This document shows, piece by piece, positions 18,996 through 28,748 of a stretch of 64,000 bases of DNA. The stretch comes from Candidatus Eiseniibacteriota bacterium (GTDB lineage: Bacteria > Eisenbacteria > RBG-16-71-46): assembly GCA_963717505.1 (NCBI GenBank), contig OY970342.1, positions 3,040,001 to 3,104,000 of the forward strand, read 5' to 3'. Position 1 is the stretch's first letter. Every line of letters starts with the position of its first letter. Below the pieces are notes generated by a model that ran no database searches, was not told the origin of the DNA, and worked only from the letters and a program-made list of their open reading frames with translations. A program made the position numbers and the translations under genes.

Positions 18996-20065
18996 TGCGC
19001 GTCGCCTTCGTCGGCGCCTACGACCCGGCCTATCCGCGGAACCTGATCCTGCGCGAAGGCCTGCGCTCGGCCGGCGCCGAGGTGATCGGGTGCGACGTGC
19101 CGGAGCGCCGCGCGATCTTTCGGTATCCCGAGCTGGCAGCGCGAATTCTCTCGCGGGCGCGCACCGCGGACGTCTGGCTGGTTCCGGAATTCCGTCACAA
19201 AGACATGCCGCTCGCGCGCCTGCTCGCCGGCCGCCGGCCGCTGGTGTTCGATCCGCTGGTTTCGCGCTGGGACACGCTGGTCGGCGACTGGGAGCTGCAC
19301 GCCCGCGATTCGTGGCAGGCGCGATGGAATCGTGGGATCGACCGGATGGCGCTCCGTGCCGCGGATCTGGTGCTGTGCGACACCTGGGAACACGGCGCCC
19401 TGTTCGAGTCGCTGGGCGCCCCTCGCGAGCGGATCCGCCGCGTGCTGGTCGGCGCCGAGCGGTCGTTCTTCGAAATCGGCCCGCCGCCCGCGACCGGGGT
19501 GGCGCGCGTGCTCTACTTGGGAGGGTTCCTGCCGTTGCACGGAGTGCCGGTGATCCTCGAGGCGGCGACCCTGTTGTCCGCGCGCAGCGATCTGCCACCT
19601 TACGTGATCGAGCTCGCCGGACGCGGGATCGAGTACGAATCGGTGCGCACCGAAGCCCGCCGGCGCGGGCTCGCGAATCTCGAACTGTCCGGCCCCGCGC
19701 CCTACGCCGAAGCGCCGGCGCGCTTCGCCGGCGCCGAGATCGTGCTCGGCGCCTTCGGCACCACCGAGAAAGCCGGGCGCGTGATTCCGCACAAGGTCTA
19801 TCAGGGTCTCGCGTCCGGACGCGCGGTGGTGACCGGCGACAGTCCGGCGTTCCGCGAGGTATTCACTCCCTCGATTCATGCGTGGACCGTGCCGCGCGGC
19901 GATCCGGGAGCGCTGGCGGAGGCACTCGGCCAGTTGCTGCGCCACCCCGAACGCCGGCGCGAGCTCGGGGCTCGTGGCCGCGCCCGTGCGCTGGAAGTGG
20001 CGACTCCGGAAGCGATCGGGCGCGGACTGCTCACCGCGATCGAGGAAGTCCGGGCGCGGCGATGA
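18995..20065 (+). CDS. GT4 glycosyltransferase
   Basis: GT-B fold, YPRN, PLHGV, VIPHKVYQGLASGRAVVT. Confidence 0.82.
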   Translation: MRVAFVGAYDPAYPRNLILREGLRSAGAEVIGCDVPERRAIFRYPELAARILSRARTADVWLVPEFRHKDMPLARLLAGRRPLVFDPLVSRWDTLVGDWELHARDSWQARWNRGIDRMALRAADLVLCDTWEHGALFESLGAPRERIRRVLVGAERSFFEIGPPPATGVARVLYLGGFLPLHGVPVILEAATLLSARSDLPPYVIELAGRGIEYESVRTEARRRGLANLELSGPAPYAEAPARFAGAEIVLGAFGTTEKAGRVIPHKVYQGLASGRAVVTGDSPAFREVFTPSIHAWTVPRGDPGALAEALGQLLRHPERRRELGARGRARALEVATPEAIGRGLLTAIEEVRARR

Positions 20066-21174
20066 AAGTGCTCCACTTCGATACCGGCCGGGACTGGCGC
20101 GGAGGACAGGCCCAGGTGCTGCTGTTGCTCGAGGGGTTGGCCGCACTCGGCGCCGAGTCGGTGCTGGCGGCACCCGAGGGACCGTTGCTCGAACGCGCAC
20201 GGTCGGCGGGGTTCTCGGTCCACGAATGGCCGAGCGGGGGCGACTGGGATCTGTGGGCGGCCCGGCGCGCCCGCGTCGCGATTGCGCGCGAGCGGCCGAG
20301 CGTCGTCCACCTGCACAGCGCGCGCGCCCATGCGCTCGGCGTGCCGGCTGCACACGGCGAGGGGGTGCGCGCGATCGTGGTCAGTCGCCGCGTGGTGATT
20401 CCCCCGGGACGCGATCCGTGGTCGCGGCGCAAGTACCGGTTGCCGGTCGATCGCTACTTGTGCGTGAGCGAAGCGGTGCGGGCGGTGCTGGTCGCGGCCG
20501 GCGTGCCCGAGGCCCGGACCCAGGTGGTTCCGAGCGGGATTCCGCTCGTGCGCTGGCGGGAGCGCGCGCGAGCGCCGGGCGAGGATCTGAGGGCCACGCT
20601 GGGCGTCGAAGCGAGCTCGGCGATCCTGGGAACCGTGGCGTCGCTGACGAGCGAGAAGAATCACATGATGCTGCTGCGCGTCGCCGATCGGCTGCGCGAT
20701 CTCGAGCCACGGGTTCACCTGGTGTGGGTCGGCGATGGCCCGCTGGGCGCCGAGCTCGCACGGGCGCGCGACCGAATGAATCTCGCCGAGCGCGTGCACC
20801 TGCTCGGCCGGCGTGACGAGGTGGCCACGCTCACGCGTCAGTTCACGCTGGCTCTGGTGGCCTCGCGTCACGAAGGCTTCTGCGGGGCCGCGGTGGAAGC
20901 CATGGCGCTCGGCGTTCCGGTGATCGCGACCGCGGTCGGCGGTATTCCCGAAGTGGTTCCGGTCGAGGCCGGGGGACTGGTTCCCAACGACGACGCCGGG
21001 GCGATGGCCGAGCGGGTTCGCGGGCTGCTGCTCGACGCGGCCGATCGTGCGCGATGCTCGGCCGCGGCCACCGCGGCCGCCGAGAGATTCGACAGCGCGC
21101 GCACCGCGCGCGAGACGTTCGGCGCCTACCGGGATCTGCTGCAATCCCGGAATGCCGGGGAGCCTCGCGCGTAG
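20062..21174 (+). CDS. GT4 glycosyltransferase
   Basis: WRGGQAQV, EKNH, SRHEGF..AVEAMALGVPVIATAVGGIPE. Confidence 0.88.
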   Translation: MKVLHFDTGRDWRGGQAQVLLLLEGLAALGAESVLAAPEGPLLERARSAGFSVHEWPSGGDWDLWAARRARVAIARERPSVVHLHSARAHALGVPAAHGEGVRAIVVSRRVVIPPGRDPWSRRKYRLPVDRYLCVSEAVRAVLVAAGVPEARTQVVPSGIPLVRWRERARAPGEDLRATLGVEASSAILGTVASLTSEKNHMMLLRVADRLRDLEPRVHLVWVGDGPLGAELARARDRMNLAERVHLLGRRDEVATLTRQFTLALVASRHEGFCGAAVEAMALGVPVIATAVGGIPEVVPVEAGGLVPNDDAGAMAERVRGLLLDAADRARCSAAATAAAERFDSARTARETFGAYRDLLQSRNAGEPRA

Positions 21175-21247
21175 CTTGCCCGGGGCCTGACATCACGGGG
21201 GTCGAATAAGGCATCGAAGATGCCGAAACCCCTTAGGCCCCCTGGGC

Positions 21248-21276
21248 TTGACGCTCCCTGGGTCGGGAGCTAGCCT
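21248..21276 (+). promoter_or_regulatory. sigma70-type promoter upstream of rseP
   Basis: TTGACG (21248-21253), 17 nt, TAGCCT (21271-21276). Confidence 0.55.
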
Positions 21277-21303
21277 GCGGCAAATGCCTTTACTGGTAAG
21301 GAC

Positions 21304-22713
21304 TTGACCGTGTTCTGGAACGCCGTGCTGCCGGGCGTTGCCCTGCTTGGCTTCGTCATCTTCGTTCACGAGCTGGGCCACTTCCTCATGGCCAAGTGGC
21401 GCGGCGTGCGCGTGCTCCGATTCTCCCTCGGCTTCGGCCCGCGGATGATTGGCTTCACCCGCGGCGAAACCGAGTATCGCCTGGCGTGGATCCCCTTCGG
21501 GGGATACGTCCAGATGGCGGGCGACAGCCCGGATCCCGACGGTGCCATGCCCGCGAGCCCCGACGAGTTCCTGTCGCACCCCTGGTACGGACGACTGCTG
21601 ATCGCGGCCGCCGGCCCCGCGGCCAACCTGATCACCGCGTTCGTGGTCATGTGCGCGGTCGGCATGGTCGGGGTCAGCTACCCCGACTTCCCGAACGTCG
21701 TCGGGGCGACCCCCGACACCAGCATCGCCGCCCAGCACGGTGTGCGCGAAGGCGACCGCATCGTCTCGGTGGCCGGACGGCCGATCGCGAGCTGGGTGCC
21801 GATCTTCGTCGCTCATTCCGAGACGCCGCGCAGCCAGCCGCTCGAGATCCGAATCGAACGGAACGGCGTCGAGCAGGTGATTCCGCTCACCGCGGATCAA
21901 CGCGAACCGTTCTTCTCGAGCCTCAGGCGCCCGGAGGTGCCGGCGGTGGTCGGCGCGGTGGTCACCGGCATGCCGGCCTACAAGGCCGGGGTGCGCGAGG
22001 GCGATCGCATCGTGTCGGTCAACGGCAAGCCGATTCACGCCTGGGGGGATCTGCCCGAAGCACTCAAAGGCACCGTCGACCAGAAGGTGCGCCTCGCGCT
22101 CGAACGGGAAGGCCGTGCAATCGAAGTCGAGGTGGTGCCGATGGATCCGGAAGGCCGCGGCGTCGAGAACGCGCGCATCGGCATCGAAGCGCCGCGCCAG
22201 GGGAGCTTCGTCCAGCGCTATGGTCCGCTCGAGTCGCTCGAGCTGGGTGCTCGCGGCACCGTGGCCCTGGTCGGCAGCGTCTACGGCGGCATGTGGCTCA
22301 CGCTCTCGCGACCGCTCTACTACCGCGAGTACGTCGGCGGCCCTTTGTTCATCGCGCAGGCGGCGAGCGAGCAGGCGCGGCGTGGATTCGACTCCTATCT
22401 GCAATTCCTGGCAATGATCAATGTCGCCATCATGGCGTTCAATCTGTTGCCGCTGCCGATTCTCGACGGCGGTCACATCCTGCTTGCCCTGATCGAGGCC
22501 ATCCGCCGTCAGACCATCTCGGCGCGCACCTACCTGCGCTTCCAGCAGGCCGGACTCGTGATCATGGGGGCCCTGCTGGTCCTGATCCTGGCCAACGACC
22601 CGCTGCGCGTGATCCAGCGCCAGCGTGCCCTCGGCAAGACACAATCGACGACGACCGCTTCCCCAGAAGCCTCTGCTCCCGAGGAGAATCCGGTTGTCCC
22701 CACTCCGCCCTAG
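21304..22713 (+). CDS. rseP: RIP metalloprotease RseP (M50, two PDZ domains)
   Basis: HELGH, FSLGFGP, IPFGGYV, two GDRIVSV PDZ repeats, NLLPLPILDGG. Confidence 0.95.
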   Translation: MTVFWNAVLPGVALLGFVIFVHELGHFLMAKWRGVRVLRFSLGFGPRMIGFTRGETEYRLAWIPFGGYVQMAGDSPDPDGAMPASPDEFLSHPWYGRLLIAAAGPAANLITAFVVMCAVGMVGVSYPDFPNVVGATPDTSIAAQHGVREGDRIVSVAGRPIASWVPIFVAHSETPRSQPLEIRIERNGVEQVIPLTADQREPFFSSLRRPEVPAVVGAVVTGMPAYKAGVREGDRIVSVNGKPIHAWGDLPEALKGTVDQKVRLALEREGRAIEVEVVPMDPEGRGVENARIGIEAPRQGSFVQRYGPLESLELGARGTVALVGSVYGGMWLTLSRPLYYREYVGGPLFIAQAASEQARRGFDSYLQFLAMINVAIMAFNLLPLPILDGGHILLALIEAIRRQTISARTYLRFQQAGLVIMGALLVLILANDPLRVIQRQRALGKTQSTTTASPEASAPEENPVVPTPP

Positions 22714-24661
22714 CGGAAGCGCGCGCGCGGCGCTCGGGACGCTCGCGCTGGCGCTGTGGGTTGCGTTCCCCGCGGGGCTTCGCGCCCAAGTCGACATCCC
22801 GAATGAGCTCGCGACCGTGGATCGCGTTCGCTTCGAAGGCCGCCGCAAGGTGCCCGAGAAGACGCTGCGCGCCGCGATCAAGACGCGCTCGAGTCGCCTG
22901 CTCGGGGGCGATCGGCCGTTGCTGCGCGCCGACTTCCTGAAGGTCGACACGCTCGCGATTCGCGACGTCTACCGCCAGAACGGCTTTCTCGACGCCCACG
23001 TCGACGTCGGCATCGCCTCGTCGCGCGACCCGGGCTCGGTCGAAGTCACGTTCCTGATCGCGGAGGGTCCACGCACCAAGTTCGGCAGCATCACGTTTAC
23101 CGGCGTCATCGGGGTGCCGCACGACCAGCTGCGGCGGCGGCTGCATTCGCGCACCGGCCGGGTGTTCAACCCCTACTTCCTCAAGGCCGACGCCACTCGC
23201 ATCGTCGCCGTCTATCACGATCGCGGCCAGTTCCCTGAAGTGGCGGCGACTACGACCCGCGAGGAGCAGCAGATCCACGTCAACTTCGAGGTCAACGAGG
23301 GGCCGGTGTACCACTTCGGTGCGGTGACCGTGCGCGCCACCGATTCGCTGGGGGTGAGCGAGAGCTTCGTCCGCCGCGAGCTGGTGATGAAGGAGGGCGA
23401 GGTCTACCGCTCGTCGCGGGTCGAGCAGTCGGTCGAGCGCCTGTACGAGACCAATGTCTTCCGCCAGGTCCAGATGGTGCCGCACGTCGACTCGGTCGGC
23501 ACCGTGGTGCCGTTCGACCTGCGCCTGGCGCCGCGGCCGCCCCGATGGCTCGACGCGGGGATCGGCAGCGGCACCGCCGAACGCCTGCAGGGCGCCGTCC
23601 AGTGGGGCCACCGAAACCTCGGGTCGCGCGGCATGCAGGGCGTGCTCGAGGGCCGGCTGGCGCTCGACGCCGACGGACACTTCCAGCGGGCCCGGCTCTC
23701 GGCGTCGGTCGCCGAGCCGTGGCTGTTCGCGACCCGTACCCGCGGTCTGGTCACGCTGTATCTCGAAGAGCAGCACGACCGCACCGACCCGCGGGTCCTG
23801 TTCGAAACCGAGACCAAGGGCATCACCTTCGAGGCGCGCCGGCAGCCCGGGCGTTTCACACGCGTCGCGCTGATCCAGGACAACGCGTTCGTCATCCAGG
23901 ACTTCACGTTTCGCGACCCGAACCTGGATCCCGCGATTCGCGACTCGCTGATCGCGGACGTGATTCCGTCCTACCGCACCCATCGATTGGCGCTGGCGGT
24001 GGTCCGCGACACGCGCGACGACCCGATCCGGATGACCCGCGGCTCCTATCAGACGCTGGCCGGCGAGGTCGCGAGCGGCCCGGCCAAGGAAGCCGGATTC
24101 ACCAAGGAACAGTTCATCTCGTCGTGGTACTCGCCGCAGCGCGGCGGCCGCTGGATCCTGGCGACCCGGGTGCGCGCCGGGGTGATCCAGCCGTTCGGCG
24201 ATCGGGTGCAGTTCTCGCCGCAGCCCGAGCTGGACTCCGAAGTCGAGCGCGTGCCGCAGGTCGATCGCTTCCGATTGGGCGGTGTCAACACCGTGCGCGG
24301 CTACGACGAAAATCAGATCGCCCCGCTCGGCGGCCTGCTGTTGCTGCAGGCCAATGTCGAGCTGCGGTTTTCGGTATGGGGGCCGTTCGGCATCGAGGCC
24401 TACATCGACGCCGGCAACGTCTGGGAGCGGCCGACCGACATTCAGGACGCGCATGTGTTCCCCGATCCCGGCGACGAGCTCTACGGCGAAAACGACGTGC
24501 GCTGGGCGGCGGGAATCGGTCCCCAACTGATGTTGCCGTTCGGTCCTTTGCGCATGGACTTCAGCTGGTGGCCGCAGCCCGACATCGTGAGCGACGGCGA
24601 GCAGCTGCGGCGGGTGCACGCACGCGGCTCGTGGCAGTTCGCGATCGGCCCGAGCTTCTGA
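22694..24661 (+). CDS. Omp85/TamA-like outer-membrane protein (POTRA + barrel)
   Basis: Likely TTG start after GAGGAG; signal peptide, POTRA repeats, GGVNTVRGY, terminal aromatic residue (PSF). Confidence 0.87.
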   Translation: MSPLRPSGSARAALGTLALALWVAFPAGLRAQVDIPNELATVDRVRFEGRRKVPEKTLRAAIKTRSSRLLGGDRPLLRADFLKVDTLAIRDVYRQNGFLDAHVDVGIASSRDPGSVEVTFLIAEGPRTKFGSITFTGVIGVPHDQLRRRLHSRTGRVFNPYFLKADATRIVAVYHDRGQFPEVAATTTREEQQIHVNFEVNEGPVYHFGAVTVRATDSLGVSESFVRRELVMKEGEVYRSSRVEQSVERLYETNVFRQVQMVPHVDSVGTVVPFDLRLAPRPPRWLDAGIGSGTAERLQGAVQWGHRNLGSRGMQGVLEGRLALDADGHFQRARLSASVAEPWLFATRTRGLVTLYLEEQHDRTDPRVLFETETKGITFEARRQPGRFTRVALIQDNAFVIQDFTFRDPNLDPAIRDSLIADVIPSYRTHRLALAVVRDTRDDPIRMTRGSYQTLAGEVASGPAKEAGFTKEQFISSWYSPQRGGRWILATRVRAGVIQPFGDRVQFSPQPELDSEVERVPQVDRFRLGGVNTVRGYDENQIAPLGGLLLLQANVELRFSVWGPFGIEAYIDAGNVWERPTDIQDAHVFPDPGDELYGENDVRWAAGIGPQLMLPFGPLRMDFSWWPQPDIVSDGEQLRRVHARGSWQFAIGPSF

Positions 24662-24671
24662 CGGCGGGACC

Positions 24672-27600
24672 ATGACCCCTACCGACTCGCAGAACGACTC
24701 GCCGGAGCCCGCGGCCGAGGAACCCAAGCCCGAAGGGCTGGTCGAGGAGCTGCGCCAGGAAGCGCGCGAGCTGCGCGAGGAAGCGCGCGAGATCACCGAA
24801 GAGATCGGACACGCGGTCGAGGAAGTGGTCGAACACGTGCCGAAGCCGGTCCGCTGGACGGTCGGCAAGCTGGTTTGGATCAGCGCGCTCGCGTTCGTGG
24901 GCCTGATCGTCCTGGCCCTGGTTTCGACCGCACTCTATCTGGCGAACCACACCGAGCTGGTGGCGCGCGAGCTGACGCTGGTGGTCAACGGCGTGATCGG
25001 CCAGCGCAGCAACCTGCAGATCGAGGTCAAAGACCTCAAGGGCAACCCGTTCCAGCACGTGCGGCTGATTCAGCCGCGGGTCCGGTTCACCGGACGCGAC
25101 GGTCCGGTTCTGCTCGAAGCCCCGTGGATGGAGTTTCGCAACCTGCCGTTCGGCATGCTGGTGCCCGGTCGCCAGGAAATCGAGGTGGTGATCGAGTCGC
25201 CGACCATCCACGTGAGGCGCGGCGCCGACGGCAAGCTGCGATTGCCGGAATGGCGCGGTGGCCCCTCGCGCCCGGGGCAGGCGGGCAAGTCTCGGAACCT
25301 GGTCGCAAACCTCGTGCTGCGCGGCGGAACCATCGAGATCGACGGACTCGATTCGATCCAGGGTCTGACCGTCGAGGCCGAAGCCACGACCACTCCCGGA
25401 CGCGTGGTGCTGCGCAAGCTCGCGTGGGTACGGGGCCCGTGGGACACGCGCGATGTCGAAGTCACCGGCGAGATGCTCGCGGGCGACAGCGTGCGCGTGC
25501 GAATCCAGCGCCTGCACACCGCCGACCTGGACCTGCGGGCCACGGCCGCCTGGAAGCCCGGACAGAGCGAGCGCGTGGTCCACGCCGAGATCGACCGGGT
25601 GACCTGGCGCTGGCTGTCGCGCGCCACCGGAAATCGTACGCTCGACGTGCCGGGGAGCGGACGTGCGGTGGTCGACGGGCGGGGCTCTGAGGAATGGAAC
25701 GGACAGTTCACCAGCGAGCTGGAGTGGAACGGGCTCGCGGCCAAGGGTGGTGGCGAGCTGCACTGGGCGGCGGGCCGGCTGTCGCTGGTGCCGCTCAACG
25801 TCGAATCGGCCGCCGGCCGGCTCGACGGCGACGTGGCGTGGTCCAAGCAGAGCTGGGAGGTGGGTGGTGAGGTCGAGAACGGCGATCCCGAACAGTGGAA
25901 GTCGATCGGAATCGTCGGCTGGCCGAAAGGGCGCGTACAGGGTGCTTTTCGCTACGTGGTCGACACCCGCACGCGCGTACCTTCCGCCGAGCTGACCGCG
26001 ACGCTCGGTCCCTCGGAGCTGTCCGGCTGGCGTGCGGATCAAGGCACGGTCGAGGTGCACTTTCGCGCGGTCGGCGCCGACAGCTTCTGGGTGCACACCG
26101 AGCGCCGCTCGGGAACCTTGGAGCTGATCGGCGCCGCCACCGGTTCCGGATGGCAGGGGAGCTTCCGGGCCGAGAAGCTGCCGCTCGACGAGTGGCCCGA
26201 GGGCCGGGCGTCGGGGATCCGCGGCACATTGGTCCAGGGCGCGGGCACGGTGGCCGGCGTGCCCGGGGCGCTCCATGTGTCCGGGAAACTCGAGGGCGCC
26301 GAGACCGACTGGCTCGGGATCCACGCCGCGCGTTGGCGACTCGAGCAACTCGACGGCCGCATGCTGCCGACGCCGGATCTGCGGACCCTCGCGCATCTCG
26401 ACGACGTCACCTTCCTCGGAGTCCACTTCGACAGCGTGCGCTCGCCGCTGGCGCTCGGCGACGCGACCCTCGCGATCACGGCACTCGAGGCTTCGGCGAG
26501 CGACAGCGTGCTCACCTGCTCGGGCAGCACGCGCTGGTCCGACCAGGGCTGGCGTCTCGAGCTGGAACCGGCGCGATTGCGAAGCTCATCGTTCGACTGG
26601 CGCGCGCGCGGGCCGGTGATCCTGTCCGGAAACCCACGCGGGGTGGATTTCGAGCGGTTCGAGGCGCAGGACGGCGAGGCCGCAGTGACCGCGGCCGGAC
26701 GCTGGGCCGGACCGGGGGGCAGCTACGAGTGGCGGGCGCGCGCCTCCGGGCTCGATCTCTCCCGGCTCGGTCTGCCGCCCGAGATCCAGTTGACCGGTAG
26801 AGCCGATGTCGCGCTCGACATCGACGGCGTCTCGGGCGATCCCCGCTGGCGTCTTGCAGCCGAGGTTTCGCGGCCCGGCTACCAAGGGCACCGCGGCGAC
26901 ACGCTGGCGTTCGGGTTGGCCGGCGCGCCCGGCGAAGTCTCGGTTGAACGTTCCCATTTCGGCCTGGGCGCCGGCCGGATCATGACCACGGGTGCGTTCC
27001 ATCGCATGCAGCCGATCTGGCCCGACACGCTGCAGGTGCCCGCGATCCAGCGTTGGCTGTTGGGTGCCGCCACCTGCGAGGGCGAGGTGCGGGTCGAGCG
27101 CTTCCCATTGGGGCGCCTGGCCGGGATCGCACCGGTGGCGCGCGATTGGTCCGGGGCGGCGGGCGGACGGCTGCGCCTGAACGGGAGCCCGGGAGCCCCG
27201 GTGATCGACCTCGAGATCGACGGCGAGCCGGTGGCCTGGCGCGGACTCGGGTTCGACGACGTGCGGGTGCGCGCCCGCTACGCGGGCGGCACGTTCGAAG
27301 TGCGCGAGGGGCAGGCGACGCGCGGCGGGCTCCAGTCCAGTGTGCACGGGCGCATTCCGATGCGCGTGCGACTCGGCGCGCCGATCGAGATTCCCGAGGA
27401 ACCGATGCAGTGGCGCGCCGACATTCCGACCGGCGACCTGGCGATGCTCGGGCGCATCATTCCGCAGATCGGCGCCATGTCGGGCAAGTTCACCCTGCAC
27501 GCCGACGTCGCCGGCACCCCGCGGCACCCCGATCTCGACGGCGTGATGGCGATTCGCGACGGGCGCATGCGCATGGCCGGCCGCGAGGAAGTGGTCGAGG

Positions 27601-28748
27601 ACTTGTCGGCGCGCATCCGACTCGACGAGTCGCGAGTCACGGTCGACTCGCTGGTCGCCCGGCAGGGACGGCGCGGCCGGGTGACCGGGAGCGGGGTCGC
27701 CGAGTTCGTCGAAGGTCGTCTTCAGGGCTATCGCTTCGACCTCGACCTGAAGGAGGTCGCAGCGATCGAAACCGGCGTCTACGCCGCCCTGTTCGACGGC
27801 CAGATGCGGGTGACCGACGGGCCGACGGTCAACGGGCAGATGCTGCCGTTCGTCTCGGGACACATCGACATTCGCCAGGCGGCGATCCAGTACAACTTCG
27901 TCAGCGTCAGCGAAGCCGAAGCCGTCGCCCAGACGGTACAGCCGCTCTACTGGACCTATCGGCTGCAAGTCCGTGCGAACAACAACGTCCACTGGGAGCC
28001 GCCCGAGGGTGACATCGAGTTCAGCGTCAATCTGGACGTGGAACAGACGCCCGCACAGCTCATTCTGTTCGGGGAGATGCACGCGATCCGGGGTACCTAC
28101 TGGTTCCTGAGCAATCGTTTCAGGGTTCAGCGCGCGGACCTTTCGTTCGATCACCTGACCGGGGTGGACCCTGTGATCGACGCGGAGGCGACGACCCAGA
28201 TTGCCGATACCACCAAGACCGAAGTCACGGTGCTGCTCAGTGGACGGGCGAGCGAGCCGACGATCCGGTTCGAGAGCGACCCGCCCAAGGACGAGGCCAT
28301 GATCCTTCGGGACCTGACCCTGGGCGTCGAGACCGGCGTGGCGACGACCATCGGAGACCCGGTGGACAACTATCTGACGCGCGCGGTGAACCGCACGCTT
28401 TCCGAGGAGATGTCGCGCGTGTTCCAGGGGTACATCAGCGAGTGGGAGCTGGAGCGCGAGCGGGGTGGTCTGCTGGCCGGCGAGGGGGACGTGATCCTCG
28501 GGGTCGGCACCCAGGTCACGCCGCAGCTCTCGCTCCGCTATCGCGAGCGGATTCCCGGGACCGGGCGCGCGGTGGGCGCCGACCTGGAGGAGGAGCTGTT
28601 CAATCGTGACATCGAAGCGGAGTATCGGGTGAGCCGGCTGATCTACATTACTTCCGGAGTCCGTCAGCGGCGGTCGTCGAGCTTGACCACCGGCTCGACC
28701 GTCGGCACCGACTTCAACGTCAATCTGAAGGCGCGGTGGGAGTACTGA
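24672..28748 (+). CDS. TamB-like translocation/assembly module protein (DUF490)
   Basis: N-terminal TM anchor, long beta-taco-like body, C-terminal DUF490-like region; directly follows the TamA-like gene. Confidence 0.8.
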   Translation: MTPTDSQNDSPEPAAEEPKPEGLVEELRQEARELREEAREITEEIGHAVEEVVEHVPKPVRWTVGKLVWISALAFVGLIVLALVSTALYLANHTELVARELTLVVNGVIGQRSNLQIEVKDLKGNPFQHVRLIQPRVRFTGRDGPVLLEAPWMEFRNLPFGMLVPGRQEIEVVIESPTIHVRRGADGKLRLPEWRGGPSRPGQAGKSRNLVANLVLRGGTIEIDGLDSIQGLTVEAEATTTPGRVVLRKLAWVRGPWDTRDVEVTGEMLAGDSVRVRIQRLHTADLDLRATAAWKPGQSERVVHAEIDRVTWRWLSRATGNRTLDVPGSGRAVVDGRGSEEWNGQFTSELEWNGLAAKGGGELHWAAGRLSLVPLNVESAAGRLDGDVAWSKQSWEVGGEVENGDPEQWKSIGIVGWPKGRVQGAFRYVVDTRTRVPSAELTATLGPSELSGWRADQGTVEVHFRAVGADSFWVHTERRSGTLELIGAATGSGWQGSFRAEKLPLDEWPEGRASGIRGTLVQGAGTVAGVPGALHVSGKLEGAETDWLGIHAARWRLEQLDGRMLPTPDLRTLAHLDDVTFLGVHFDSVRSPLALGDATLAITALEASASDSVLTCSGSTRWSDQGWRLELEPARLRSSSFDWRARGPVILSGNPRGVDFERFEAQDGEAAVTAAGRWAGPGGSYEWRARASGLDLSRLGLPPEIQLTGRADVALDIDGVSGDPRWRLAAEVSRPGYQGHRGDTLAFGLAGAPGEVSVERSHFGLGAGRIMTTGAFHRMQPIWPDTLQVPAIQRWLLGAATCEGEVRVERFPLGRLAGIAPVARDWSGAAGGRLRLNGSPGAPVIDLEIDGEPVAWRGLGFDDVRVRARYAGGTFEVREGQATRGGLQSSVHGRIPMRVRLGAPIEIPEEPMQWRADIPTGDLAMLGRIIPQIGAMSGKFTLHADVAGTPRHPDLDGVMAIRDGRMRMAGREEVVEDLSARIRLDESRVTVDSLVARQGRRGRVTGSGVAEFVEGRLQGYRFDLDLKEVAAIETGVYAALFDGQMRVTDGPTVNGQMLPFVSGHIDIRQAAIQYNFVSVSEAEAVAQTVQPLYWTYRLQVRANNNVHWEPPEGDIEFSVNLDVEQTPAQLILFGEMHAIRGTYWFLSNRFRVQRADLSFDHLTGVDPVIDAEATTQIADTTKTEVTVLLSGRASEPTIRFESDPPKDEAMILRDLTLGVETGVATTIGDPVDNYLTRAVNRTLSEEMSRVFQGYISEWELERERGGLLAGEGDVILGVGTQVTPQLSLRYRERIPGTGRAVGADLEEELFNRDIEAEYRVSRLIYITSGVRQRRSSSLTTGSTVGTDFNVNLKARWEY
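24747..24788 (+). repeat. 21-bp in-frame tandem repeat (2 copies)
   Basis: GAGCTGCGCCAGGAAGCGCGC / GAGCTGCGCGAGGAAGCGCGC (ELRQEAR / ELREEAR). Confidence 0.8.
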
